Shown here piece after piece: positions 1-18,000 of a stretch of DNA of 64,000 nucleotides. The notes under the pieces are model-generated. The model was not told the origin of the DNA, ran no database searches, and saw nothing but the letters and a program-made list of their open reading frames with translations. The stretch spans positions 24,809,479 through 24,873,478 of the forward strand of contig NC_134029.1 in the NCBI RefSeq assembly GCF_964204645.1, written 5' to 3'. The translations under genes were made by a program, and so were the position numbers. The stretch comes from Tubulanus polymorphus (taxonomy: Eukaryota; Animalia; Nemertea). The first letter of the stretch is position 1; the number at the start of each line of letters is the position of its first letter.

Positions 1-587
1 ATGGATCTCAGTTCTTTATCACAACTGTTAAAACTAAATGGCTCGACGGAAGACATGTTGTATTTGGGAAAGTTTTAGAAGGAATGGTAAGTGTATTATC
101 AGTTTCAATTAACTTTGAGAAACGAGACAATACATGAAACCAGTCTCTACCAACAAACTAAACTAAATAGTGGGACATTGAAGCAAATAAATATAGGTTT
201 ACTGAGTCTTGAACAGATCCAACTAAATCCAGTTGACAGTAAGCAATTACCGGGGTATAAGCATCATCTAAACATTGACCCCCTCAATAGACAAAAACAC
301 TTCTAGATTCTCTTTTGGTAAATTTGAGACCGGTTTACTGGCTGGTCCAGGTCCGATATTTAGTCAAATCAGCCGAAAATAGTCTAGAAAACAGTTAGTT
401 GAATTTGAGACCTGCTGAATTATTGATCTCTTGTGTCTGTTTTTTTCTGTAGTCTGTTGTTCGTAAGATTGAGCAAAGTAAAACTGGTGCAAACGATCGA
501 CCGGAAAAAGATGTCGTTATTTCTGCATCGGGAAGAATGAAAGTGGAAAAACCATTCTCCGTAGAGAAGAAAGGTGCTGATGAATAA
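1..587 (+). CDS. PPIB: Cyclophilin B (ER peptidyl-prolyl isomerase), last two coding exons (<1-86, 453-587); the gene starts left of the window
   Basis: Spliced translation [28 protein letters not shown]|[48 protein letters not shown] at 87/452. The VEKPF tail is typical of cyclophilin B. Confidence 0.93.
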
Positions 588-1038
588 CACTCCTCTCACC
601 TCACCTCATCTCATCCTATATCACTCCGAGATAATATCATTTTCATCCGTTTCAAATACTCAAATCAACAACTCTTAGATTTCAATTTCTGAGTTCTTTT
701 CTCAATAAAAAATTATACTGATTCATTTACCTTTGTGGATTCAAAAATGATTAATAATATATTTTGAAATACTGTTAATATCCATATAGAAGAAACTACA
801 AATAACGTATTAGATCAGTTATTTGGGAACGAGTTGTAAATGAATTATGTCTCGGCTCATATAATTCATGCATCTATTAAACTCATTTTGGCCTCAAATT
901 CTTCATACAGGTTTTATACATGTAAATGTATATATATCCAATTTATGCAGCTAATAGTAATTTTTTGTCGGAATAAAAAATCTTTTTATAATTAAATTCT
1001 TTTGTTCCATCGACATCTGTTACAGAGAAAACCTGTTA

Positions 1039-1221
1039 CAATAGACTCTGGTACGTTGCCACGCAGCTGATTGGCACGGATTATCACGTGCCCGGGAATC
1101 TTATTATCATGTGACAAAATGTCTTAAGCTCATCCAATTCTCTAACTCAGAATTCACTAGCAGTCTCGATGAGAATAACTGACCCCGGTTAGATCCGAGG
1201 TAATGAATGCTGAGTCTACTG
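1039..1221. mobile_element. Probable Tc1/mariner-type MITE
   Basis: Ends CAATAGACTC ... GAGTCTACTG form a 10-bp imperfect TIR with TA on both sides. No ORF. Confidence 0.45.
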
Positions 1222-1249
1222 TACAAGGATTATTTGGTTCTATATACCG

Positions 1250-1498
1250 GTAGAATAGTGATCTATTCTACATCAGAAAGCCCGGCTCTAGTCCCCCAGC
1301 CGCGCGCCAGTAGAGTAGTGAGTGATCTATTCTACATCAGTAAGCCCGGCTCTAGTCCCCCAGCCGCGCGCCAGTAGAGTAGTGAGTGATCTATTCTACA
1401 TCAGAAAGCCCGGCTCTAGTCCCCCAGCCGCGCGCCAGTAGAGTAGTGAGTGATCTATTCTACATCAGTAATCCCGCCTCTGGTCCCCCAGCCGCGCG
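1250..1498. repeat. 64-bp tandem repeat (about 4 copies) containing the last codons and stop codon of PTCD2
   Basis: Unit gtagagtagtgagtgatctattctacatcagaaagcccggctctagtcccccagccgcgcgcca. The rightmost copy encodes ...RGWGTRGGITDVE* on the minus strand. Confidence 0.9.
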
Positions 1499-4247
1499 AT
1501 GATGAATCCTGTATATAACCTACAGCTGAACGTTCACGCGATTTAAAACTGTTCTTATCATTTTTCATACGATTCACTGGTTCTTCAATAAAATCATGCA
1601 GTTTCTGTTGAGTGATTAAAGCATATTTTCTCAAGTCGTCTTGAACTGTATTTAATTTATTGATCAGGTCCGATTTATCGGTTGAATTGACGCATGATTC
1701 AATCTTTTCCAGCTACAAAATACAAATAAACACATCTCTAATAAATCTGCTGCAGTTTTATCGCTGAATTAATCATCATTTTCAAATGAAAGTTAACAAT
1801 AGAGGAGGTTATGGTTGTTGGTAGCTACAGCAGGAATCACTTACAGTTTCTGGAAATATGACTCGTCTTGATTTAACATGTTCCGGAAGATCTTCATAAA
1901 GAACGCGTGATATCATACTGATAGCATCATCGGGTCTGTTTAACGCCGCGTACGCTATCGCCTGAATATAGATACATATACGCAGTGAGAACGATCGTTA
2001 CCACTAGGGGGCGTTTACAGTCAGTTTGATTTTTACCTTTACGTTCAAAGCTGCTATAAACCGATCTTCATTTGCCGTCGCTAGAATTTCAAACGCTTCA
2101 TTCGCGTGATTCTACAATAAGAGAAACTATAATCAACTTCTAACCCTAACCCTAATACTGTCTTGAACTGGCCTCTTTCTTACTCCCCTCTCCCTCTCTC
2201 ACTCCCCCCTCTCCCTCCCTCCTCTCTCTCATTCCCCCTTCTCTCTCTCTCTCGCTTTGGCCTCAAAATCATAAAACTTACATGTTGCAGACAAAGTAAA
2301 GCCCCAAATACTCGACCTCTAACGGGAACATCTGCTTTCTTATTAGTCGTCGTTCTAATAATATCAACTGCTTTTTCATAAGACTCGGGGGTATTCTGAA
2401 AATAGATGAATCAAGTGACAAACTGGACTCAGTGCTGAGGGAGGGGGTGACGAAGGTGATAGTTACCTGTTTATAACAAGCTGCCAGAGCTAGTGTTGAA
2501 CAATCTCTCGGAAATCGAATACTTTGTGACAATCTTTCAGATATTTCTTCATAAACTTTTATGACATCGTCGTATAATTTGTGTTCGTACAACAAATCCA
2601 TTAGTATTAAATATGTCGACATTTGATCATAAAAATCTACTATTTCCTGTAAAACAAAAATCCACAATTCAAATATAGCCACAAGGCAGCAATAATACTG
2701 ATATTGGTGTAAATTGAATATAATTGATTAATGAGATATCGACATTGATTTCATGATCTTTATAGGCATAATTAGATAATTTGGATGGAAAAGGATGTAA
2801 TTAATGATATCTATAATTAAAATACTAACAGAGTCGTTAAATGCGTCTAAAGCTTGTCGAGGTTTCTTCAAATGATGAAACATTCTCATTACAATCGGAC
2901 CAAATTGAAACGTGCCGAAATGTAATGATTTCTGAACCGCATATCTGAAAAATAATACATCAAAATACAGAACAGTTTAACTACAAATACAGGACCCAGT
3001 GTCTCGCAGTTCTGAGCTAAAAACTGACAACTGTGGAACGCTGGGTCCGCAGCGGAATTAATGGCCAATAATAGTGGAGGTGTGTATAAATACTTTTTGA
3101 TCATTTTAACAGCTGTGTCTAATTCAGAATCAGTCTCAGCGAGACTCGCTACAGTTTTTAGATCGTCAGTGAATATCGTACAGTTGTCACCGGACGCCAT
3201 ATAACTCTCCATACGATGAAAAAAATCGTCTGAAATAGAAAGAAAAATACAATGAAATAATGTGCGTCATATTACTGAAGTTAGTCTAGTCACCTAGCCA
3301 TCGTAGGGGACCCGTTGTAGGGAACCCGTCGTAGGGGACCCGTCGTAGGGAACCTGTAACAATGACTGGTATTCAGACTATACTGAAGTCATCTCTATTT
3401 CTAATTTTAAATTTGTATTTACCATTTAATTTACTAAGTGATTGTCCCTGATTAAATTATCCTCTCAATGGGGGCTGTTTCTTATAGTCATTGATTTGGA
3501 CATAATAAATGGTCGACAATATGATTGTCCCAGACTCAGGGACCGGTTGCATAGTCATATCATATCATATCAGATTCAGGAGCTGTTAGACCACAGGCCG
3601 TTCTCCTGATCGAATCACTTCTGTTGAATTTGCCAATTTTGAATTATTACACTTTGCAAAAATCTAGCTTAGACTTAAGACTGGTGTAAGATCAACTAAG
3701 TTCTATAGCCAATCTAACAACTTAAGACCACTCTTGCGATTTAAAACCCCTTTTGGACTTAAGTCACGACTGTGCAACTCTGACCCCACCCAGCCAGGAG
3801 TTTTAGTTGGGACACTTTCATTCAGATCAATATCGACGGCCCAGTACAGTATCGATGTATGATTTTTGACTCACCTCTCCTGGAATGAACTCTTTCACGA
3901 GTTATCATTCTCTGTCGTTTATATCCTTCCAATCCGAGAATATCATCGCTAAACAACCCGAAATATCGACATCCTAGGTAAAAATACAAGTAAAATATAT
4001 GAAATAAGACGATTTCGTTCGGTAATTATTACGATTTAGTTCCAGGAAGTCGGGCGGCATGACTCAATTATTTCATTAAAATTGCGCATTCTAACCACAT
4101 ATTTAGAGTAAAATCTCCCGAAACATTGAGAATCGACAATTAATCAAACATATAACTACCTAGAGTTTGTGAAGGTTTCCTTATTTGACGGAAGAAAACA
4201 ATTTTTAGCGAGCAGTTGCTCAAATTTCTCAACATGGGCGCGGCCAT
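1455..4247 (-). CDS. PTCD2: Mitochondrial pentatricopeptide repeat protein 2 (multi-exon)
   Basis: ATG at 4247 gives a basic presequence MAAPMLRNLSNCSLK. Exons encode IFTDDLKTVASLAE, FGTFQFGPIVMRMFH, FYDQMSTYLILMDLLYEHKLY, FPRDCSTLALAACYKQ|NTPESY, collinear with recalled vertebrate PTCD2 motifs (YKFGPLFVRL, SFNILMDMLF, LAFAICYKLNSPESF). TAG at 1455-1457. Confidence 0.85.
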
Positions 4248-4532
4248 TTTGGATAGACTGAACCCGGACATTTAGTCCGCTTCGGTGTCCGAAACCTCAG
4301 GGCTTCAATTTTTTAGATAGTATTTCAAAGGATTCTGTTATTTTAATTGAAGTTTGAATGCATTTTGAATGCAGTATAAGCCACAAATTTCTAGACAATT
4401 TTTGATTAGAAAAGCTTGCCTCCACACGACCTTGAGTATTGTAAAGTACGCGCAGTGTATGGCGTAAGGTATTCCGCGCTTTTCAATCGAAAACTAATTT
4501 AAGTGACACGACGAACAGATATCTTCAAAAAT
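4248..4532. promoter_or_regulatory. Putative bidirectional promoter between PTCD2 and the TPR gene
   Basis: Divergent start codons only about 285 bp apart. Confidence 0.55.
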
Positions 4533-7370
4533 ATGGTAATTTTTTCATATATCAGTAAAATACTTTAAACAAATAATAAAATTTGTATATGAAATAAATA
4601 TTCTGAATCAAAGGATGAAATTTTTAAAGATCGAGTTGTAATTTGTTATTCGCTGGATCGTTAATTTTATTTACCTTTTGTGCTTTACCCGCGACCCCAC
4701 TGGGTCCATTGCACTCGTTGACTGCGCGTGCTGCAGTTCGATGATTGTGGGTTCGAATCCCGATAAATTCTTAGGTCACATGACTATAAAATGGCAGCTC
4801 CCTTGTATATTAAATGTTAATTTGGAGATTCAAATTATTTTCATCTCATCTGGTAGTATTTAAATCACCACCAGAGTTTTGCAATTTAAGATGGCCAGTA
4901 GTGAAGAAAAACAGGTTTGAAATATCTCACTCAATCTCAATCAATTGCTTTTTGAAAACTTTTTCAACATTTTTTTTCGATTCCTTATTTATTTTGCATG
5001 TTGATGTTGTTGGATTGCAGAGTTTTGAAGATCTGAAACAGAAAGGCAATGATTGTGTAAAAGCTGGTAATCATGCTGAGGCTGTATTACATTATACGCA
5101 CGCGATTAAACTAGAACCAAACAATCATTTACTCTACAGCAATCGATCGCTTGCATTTCTGAAAGTCGGTCAGATTTATTACGCTCGAGAAGATGCACTT
5201 GAAACAATTCGTCTGCAGCCTCAATGGGCAAAGGTATTTCATATAACTCCCCTCTCCTCCTCATGGTGGCTAGCTGCTCAGCCTCTCTCTGGTCAGCCCT
5301 GTTTTGTTGATAAGATTTTCTCTGGTTCTTGTCATTGCTGTTGAATGTAATTTTCAGGGTTACTTCAGGAAAGGTGAATCCGAGTTTCAAGCACAGAATT
5401 TCCAGGATGCTTTATTTACCTATCGTGTAAGGATTTGATTATTTGCCAGCCTGTCTATCTGTCCGTCTCTCGCTGTCTATCTGTCTGTCTCTCGCTGTCT
5501 ATCTATTTGTTCGCTTTCATGAATCTTTGTGTTGAATATTGTTTTCAGCATGCGTTAATTTTGGAGCCTCAAGACAAGAATATATGGCAAGCGATTAGAA
5601 AAACTGATAGTGAACTGACTAAACAAAATAAAAGTAAGTTTATATAAATTTTATGTAAGTTTTAAGGTGAATCAATTTTCTAATTCATGATGCATAATTT
5701 CATTTCCATGCACTGATTGTATATTTAATATCTGGAATTATCTGTGAATGTTTTGGTTTTAGTTGAAAAGCGTTTACCGTATTATGGAGTTTGTCTTGGA
5801 TTATTATTTGGTGCATCAATAGTATTATCAGATTCATTTCTAACCAAACAACCCGCGATACAGGTAACTATTACACACAGTCACCGCTGCTGCTGCTGTA
5901 GAAATGTGTTAAGAATGCTTATTTCTTGTTTCAGTATTTATTTCTGAAATGTTTACTAGTAGCTGTATTCGGAGGTATTGGTCTAGGATTATCAGTCGCT
6001 TATCGTTATTACATCAAAGAACAAAGAAAATCTCTACTACAACCACCACTAGATTTACTAGCAGGTATTTACACCACTAGATTTACTCGCAGGTATTTAC
6101 ACCACTAGATTTACTAGCAGGTATTTACACCACTAGATTTACTAGCGGGTATTTACACCACTAGATTTACTAGCGGTTATTTACACCACTAGATTTACTA
6201 GCGGGTATTTACACCACTAGATTTACTAGCAGGTGTTCACACCACTAGATTTACTAGCAGGTATTCACACCACTAGAGTTACTAGCGGGTATTTACACCA
6301 CTAGATTTACTAGCAGGTGTTCACACCACTAGATTTACTAGCAGGTATTCACACCACTAGATTTACTAGCGGGTATTTACACCACTAGATTTACTAGCGG
6401 GTATTTACACCACTAGATTTACTAGCGGGTTTTTACACCACTAGATTTACTAGCAGGTATTTACACCACTAGATTTACTAGCAGGTATTTACACCACTAG
6501 ATTTACTAGCGGGTATTTACACCGCTAGATTTACTAGCAGGTATTTACACCACTAGATTTACTAGCAGGTATTCACACCACTAGATTTACTAGCAGGTAT
6601 TCACACCACTAGATTTACTAGCAGGTATTTACACCACTAGATTTACTAGCAGGTATTTACACCACTAGATTTACTAGCAGGTATTCACACCACTAGATTT
6701 ACTAGCAGGTATTTACACCACTAGATTTACTAGCAGGTATTTACACCACTAGATTTACTAGCGGGTATTTACACCACTAGATTTACTAGCAGGTATTCAC
6801 ACCACTAGATTTACTAGCAGGTATTTACACCACTAGATTTACTAGCAGGTATTCACACCACTAGATTTACTAGCAGGTATTCACACCACTAGATTTACTA
6901 GCAGGTATTTACACCACTAGATTTACTAGCAGGTATTCACACCACTAGATTTACTAGCAGGTATTTACACCACTAGATTTACTAGCAGGTATTTACACCA
7001 CTAGATTTACTAGCAGGTATTTACACCACTAGATTTACTAGCAGGTATTTACACCGCAGCCCAGCGACGTTCTTTGACTGCCAACATTTAATGTCAACCA
7101 TTTACTGCGGGTGTTTAGTATTAACCTATCTCTGTCGGCCGGTGTTTAGTGTTAACATATCTCAGTCTGCCGGTATTTAGTGTTATGGGTTTTATTTCAG
7201 AATTGAACGGTGATAAGAATAATGAGGGATCAAATACAGTCGGCAATCGTAATAAGAGATCAACAACTCGTGGAGGAGGAGAGGAGAGTGGAGGGAAGGA
7301 GGAAAAACATCCTAAACGTAAAGGAGGAGCTTCAGCCGGACGTCTTCGGTTCAAAAAGGGCAAATCTTAA
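4533..7370 (+). CDS. Hop/STI1-like TPR-domain protein with two C-terminal transmembrane helices (exons approx. 4533-4535, 5021-5232, 5358-5426, 5549-5633, 5763-5863, 5935-6064, 7201-7370)
   Basis: M|SFEDLKQKGND...LYSNRSLAFLK...QWAK|GYFRKGE gives three TPRs. Hydrophobic segments YYGVCLGLLFGASIVL and LLVAVFGGIGLGLSVAY follow, then a basic tail ending RFKKGKS*. GT-AG junctions are phase-consistent. The ATG-only first exon is inferred. Confidence 0.8.
6044..7055. repeat. 28-bp minisatellite (about 36 copies) built from an exon 3' end plus splice donor
   Basis: Unit caccactagatttactagcag|gtattta. The first copy is the coding exon end (PPLDLLA) of the TPR gene. Confidence 0.95.
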
Positions 7371-7556
7371 AATCGCCCTCCATAAGACACTAGTGACACC
7401 TGTCGATAGACACTAAAACTAATTAGTCCAATGTTATACAATGTTGTAAAGAAATTTAAATTATTATTAAATAAATTTATACGTTTAGTTAAGTGTTTGA
7501 TTGTATTAAGCAGGCAGCTAGCTTCCCCGTAAATCAGTCAGCCAGGCAGCTACTCA

Positions 7557-8747
7557 GTCAGGGTACCGGGAGAGTACCACCACGTCAGGGTACCGGAAGA
7601 GCACCACCACGTCAGGGTACCGGGAGAGTACCACCACGACAGGGTACCGGGAGAGTACCACCACGTCAGGGTACCGGGAGAGTACCACCACGTCAGGGTA
7701 CCGGGTGAGTACCACCACGTCAGGGTACCGGGAGAGTACCACCACGTCAGGGTACCGGGAGAGTACCACCACGTCAGGGTACCGGGAGAGTACCACCACG
7801 TCAGGGTACCGGGAGAGTACCACCACGTCAGGGTACCGGGAGAGTACCACCACGTCAGGGTACCGGGAGAGTACCACCACGTCAGGGTACCGGGAGAGTA
7901 CCACCACGACAGGGTACCGGGAGAGTACCACCACGTCAGGGTACCGGGAGAGTACCACCACGTCAGGGTACCGGGAGAGTACCACCACGTCAGGGTACCG
8001 GGAGAGTACCACCACGACAGGGTACCGGGAGAGTACCACCACGTCAGGGTACCGGGAGAGTACCACCACGTCAGGGTACCGGGAGAGTACCACCACGACA
8101 GGGTACCGGGAGAGTACCACCACGTCAGGGTACCGGGAGAGTACCACCACGTCAGGGTACCGGGAGAGTACCACCACGTCAGGGTACCGGGAGAGTACCA
8201 CCACGTCAGGGTACCGGGAGAGTACCACCACGTCAGGGTACCGGGAGAGTACCACCACGTCAGGGTACCGGGTGAGTACCACCACGTCAGGGTACCGGGA
8301 GAGTACCACCACGTCAGGGTACCGGGAGAGTACCACCACGACAGGGTACCGGGAGAGTACCACCACGTCAGGGTACCGGGAGAGTACCACCACGTCAGGG
8401 TACCGGGAGAGTACCACCACGACAGGGTACCGGGAGAGTACCACCACGTCAGGGTACCGGGAGAGTACCACCACGTCAGGGTACCGGGTGAGTACCACCA
8501 CGTCAGGGTACCGGGAGAGTACCACCACGACAGGGTACCGGGAGAGTACCACCACGTCAGGGTACCGGGAGAGTACCACCACGTCAGGGTACCGGGAGAG
8601 TACCACCACGACAGGGTACCGGGAGAGTACCACCACGTCAGGGTACCGGGAGAGTACCACCACGTCAGGGTACCGGGAGAGTACCACCACGTCAGGGTAC
8701 CGGGAGAGTACCACCACATCAGGGTACCGGGAGAGTACCACCACATC
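7557..8747. repeat. 27-bp minisatellite (about 44 copies) between the convergent TPR and ETFA 3' ends
   Basis: Unit gtcagggtaccgggagagtaccaccac, nearly invariant. Confidence 0.97.
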
Positions 8748-8883
8748 CAGTATAAAGAACATCAGAAGTGAATTTCATTGATAAAGAGTTAATTTATTTT
8801 AGTTCACATACAAACTGAACATTAATCTATTCTAATTATTTATAATACAGTCAATCAAATTGTGTCTAATTCACACAGAGTTT

Positions 8884-11674
<2,791 letters not shown>

Positions 11675-12024
11675 CTCGCGGCTGAGCTCGAATAGTTGAT
11701 CGTTAGTAAATCAAGGCGGTATTAAACTAGTTTAAGAGAGGCGACGAAACTGGAGAAATCTGGATTGATTTTACATAATCCAGTTCATACTCGTTCTCAG
11801 GACGCAGAGTATGGTTGTCTTAAAACACGGATAAGGACTTCGTCCGTTCCGGATTTTACTTCATTTAAAATACCTAATTTCTATTAAAAATACAATATCG
11901 CTCTGCTTTGATTGCTTGTATCAAATTGTGGAGGGAATGAAATAATTCATAATTAAATACTCGACTTCAAAACGTTTTAAATCGAGTGCTGCCCTCTATC
12001 GGTCTTTCACATACATCGGTCAAA
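11675..12024. promoter_or_regulatory. Bidirectional promoter between ETFA and RPS15, with a TOP/TCT-like pyrimidine tract and a CTCF-like motif
   Basis: Divergent ATGs 350 bp apart. tctttc lies about 20 nt before the RPS15 ATG. gctgccctctatcggtc (11988-12004) resembles the CTCF consensus. Confidence 0.6.
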
Positions 12025-14006
<1,982 letters not shown>

Positions 14007-15087
14007 ACTCTGTATCAAGTTTAATAAAAACAACTACATGTAAGAGATGAAATGATATTCTTTATTTCAATAATCTTGAAGTCGTTTCTTTTCCTGCGCT
14101 ACTGATCGGTTATCACTACAAGATTCCCTCAAGGATTGGTTCGGTTTTCACTACATGAAAACTCCCTTCAGTTATCACTACAAGATTCCTTCTGGGACTG
14201 GCTCTGTTTTCACCACGGTTCTCACTAGGACTGGATCGAAGCCAGAATATGACTAGGCGGTTAATCAGGATAAAACGATAGGATACCGCGTTTACAAAAG
14301 ACTGGTTGCGATAGGGACCGGTAACCAGTCTAGGTCGACTGCCTCCAGCGCGAACGCAGTAAGGGTTGCTCCGAGAATTTTCAGATACGGCGAATGAGGA
14401 ACGAATGATGGTCGAATTAGCCCTAGGAAAAAGATCGTAAGTCTTTCCTTACCTAGGAATTAATTTGTCATTAATTCGACCATTGGACAATATTCGAGAA
14501 ATTAGTAAATTGATTAATGCAGAATGTGTACAATTTGAATTTGCATAATTCCTGAGTATTTTTCATTCATATTCTAAACATGTCTGTATTTGATCGTACT
14601 ATGCAAGTATTTGTACAGTACACTCGTATATTGTCCTCGTTCTGCCGGTAAAATGTTTTTAAAGATAATTGACCCAAATCGTCTGCACACATATTTCACC
14701 CGTCAATACAATATGTATTTTACACTAACGTTCACTTCACATATATTTCACGCTTCGATGAGTTTCAGTTAACTGTATTTTTAATGCATTAATTGCAATT
14801 CCATTTTATTTGAATAGTAGACAAAACCTGTCTATAAAACGGGCAACACGACGGGAACAGTAGTAAGCCAGGCACTCACAACACGACGGGAACAGTATTA
14901 CGCCATATTAGGAATACGATTCTTGATAACTGGAATTCTTACGTAAATCGAGTGGTTTTGCTGTTTTTGGAATATTGATGTTCAGTACCTGGGACCATGT
15001 TCGAATAAGATATATTCTATAAAGTGAAACCCATCAGAGAAATTTAGATATAAGCGAATGTTTTTTTTTTAAAAGGAAACTAAAATC

Positions 15088-18000
15088 ATGAACGGATCAT
15101 CAGTGGATTATTTGGAGCGATTGGAACTGGCTAAGGCGTCATTACAGGATTTATCAGACAGCGCTCGAGGGGTCGAGATTTTAGAACCTCGCAAACTTAA
15201 AACGCAACTTACTGAACATCTGAATAATATAAACGAATCATTGAAATATGTGAATGAAATTTTAGTCTCAACTGAAACAGTATTTCAGAATCTCATTGAT
15301 TTACAGCAAGTTCTACTCGACCGCATTGTACAAGGTATTTTCTAATTGCTAAGGCTAAACAAAAATGATACCTTGTTTCTCCGCGGCGGCCGGGTCATTT
15401 TGTAAAACATAATAAAATTTGTAAGCTTCTCATTTCTATAGCGGCCGGGTCTGTTATGGTAAAATTGATCACGATTTAAAAAAAAGGTAATTCATAGGGT
15501 AGATAGGCGGCCGGCCGGGTCAACAGCAGATCGGAGAAACAAGGTATCAATTTTTTCTAGCCCAGCGTTCGCAGTGTTTGATCACATTAAACAAATTTTC
15601 ACGTGAAATCAGATTCATACGTTTTATGTTTATAGCATTTAATTGTTGGTACATTACTTTTACATTCAATTTGATTCAAATGTTTTGAAGTAATAGAATA
15701 AATATTCAAATACATCCTAAAAAACCCTCTTACGATCTACATGTGCTACAAGCGAATGTACGAATTAAGATAAAACCCATACCCAGGCACTAGATAATTT
15801 GAGCTTTCTAAAATATTCTAAATCTTTAGAAACAACCAACTCAAATATTTCATAAATTCTGAAACAATTTTTATTCATAATTCTGAAATTGTAGAAGGTA
15901 AAATACGGGAGCCTGCATTAGAGAATATTCGAGATCAGTTGGTTCACTCCACAACTGCTCTGATGCCGTTAGTTTTTCCCTTATCTCAAAAAGCTGGTGA
16001 AATAATGACGAATCTACACGAATCGTGGCAGAGAAATATTCTGCACAGAGATCTACAGGTGCTCTCGTCTGCTGCTGCTGCTGGGGATGAAGGAACTCGA
16101 TACCGGAATCATTATGAACTATTCGAGGACGAGATGAAGAAGAATTCCTCCTCCTCGTCATCAATGGTTGAATCGTACTCGAGCTCTACAGTGAGACGTC
16201 TTAGCTGGCCGGAAACCCGTCTAACATTGATCGATAAATGGACGGCAACATCCACCGCGAAACAAGTCAAAAGATCGAACAACACAAAAGACATCATGTA
16301 AGTGTTTGTTAATTGATAAGGATGTTTTTGGACCCGGGGTTGAGTTTTTGGACCCGGGGCTGAGTTTTTGGACCTGGGGGTGAGTTTTTGGACCCAGGCC
16401 TCCAGTGCTCATGTTTTTCTCATTCTTAATAATTCAAAATCCGAAGTTTTTATATTTCTAACATTGGAGCCAATCCTAAAACTAAACACCGTCTTGGACA
16501 ATACGTGAAGACTGGGTCCTAGAGTTTGAGCTCCAGGATCCAAGAAAAAAAATGTTACAGCTGGTAATGTTAGTGAATAGAGTCGCCACACCGACTAGAC
16601 TTACCAGACAATCTAACACGGCTAATAGTCGCTAGTGTCGGTCTAGTGGTCAGTGCGCTTGGCAGCTATGCTGGATTCCGGAGTTCGAATCCTGCCAGGG
16701 TTTTGCCTATTTGTGGGCCCGATTACCTTTTTGATGACAGAATTTCACCTCTTTAGGTTAAAAAACTTTTAAAGAAAATTAAAGACTGCTCTTGTAGATT
16801 CCTGGCTTCTGGCACGAATTTCGTTCATCATGATATTTCATATTTTAATCAGATTCAAGATGGCCGATAACGATGATGTCTGTTGCGTCATACGAACTCC
16901 GACTTCTGATTTTTATGTCGATGATTTTCATTGCGAGCAACGGGAAATCATAACGGCTAACTCACTTCCGGTGAATGCATCATTGTGCAGTAAAATAGTT
17001 CGGGTCACGAGTACTCTTACTCAACTAGATTACACCGATCAACATCAGGTATTGTTTTGATTAGTTTGAATCTAAGATTAAATCAATTTTATTGCAGCGA
17101 ATTTATAAACATATATAAGTATTTAATCCATTTTGCTTTAATCCAAGGCTCGGCGCATTTACAAGATAAGAATTTTGTGGTTTTACAGTTGGCAACAAAT
17201 GTGTATGAATTTGAATCTAAAACCGCTTTGAATTCGTGAAACTAGAAGAACAATGTTAGATTGACGCATAACTCTCAGAGCTACTCAAGTAACAAGTAAT
17301 TCTAACACAGCTTGTGAAATGTTGAGATGATTATAGTGTGTTCTGTAGCAGTAGTTTGAAGGATACATTCTAACCTATAATTTGAGGGAAGCAGTCACTA
17401 CACAGATTGTCGCGTCAAACAGTTCTGTTCTTGTCATGTATAATTTTACCGCTATCACCACTACAACTCGTAGAATATACCGCACTGCTGTGAAGAGACC
17501 GGATTATATCATAGCTTTCCATAGGTTCATTCACTTACTTTACGACTATACTAGAACATTCAAGTACGTTTTCTTACTTCCGCCGGGAAGTGTGCTTAAC
17601 TTTCTGACAATAATTTTACTGATAAAGTGTCGCAGATATCAGTCAGTTCGTTACACGTTCCCCTATCTCATAACTCTCGCGTTTTCAGATCAACTTGTCG
17701 TCTTGTTTCAGTTACAGAAATTCCCTGAATATTTGAAAGACTTGGTAGTTTATGATCTAGGATTTTATAGAGAATGTCGCGCTACTTATCTGACATTCGC
17801 TAAACACAGTAAACTATGTCCATCACTTTACTATTTCTATTACTATTTCCGCTATCTGCCCAGACGATTGTTTCCTTCGTGTGCTTTTTCAAACCTATTT
17901 TATGACCAGGCAATATCTGTATCAAACTACATAGTTATAGTGATTGCTATCGAGAGATTTGTTTCTATTCGTTTTCCTTTCTTTCACATGAAACATTTCA

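Noticed and set aside
2140-2155. Telomere-like taaccctaaccctaa
   Set aside because: Only about 2.5 units inside an intron, so not a chromosome end.
4690-4765. tRNA gene in the first intron of the TPR gene (gtgggttcgaatcccg)
   Set aside because: An isolated B-box/T-loop with no recognisable cloverleaf; at most a SINE remnant.
7493-8781. Long ORFs of 358-402 aa on both strands (STTTSGYRE, WWYSPGTLT and similar)
   Set aside because: They are translations of a 27-bp minisatellite open in several frames, with no synonymous variation pattern, signal peptide or unique domain.
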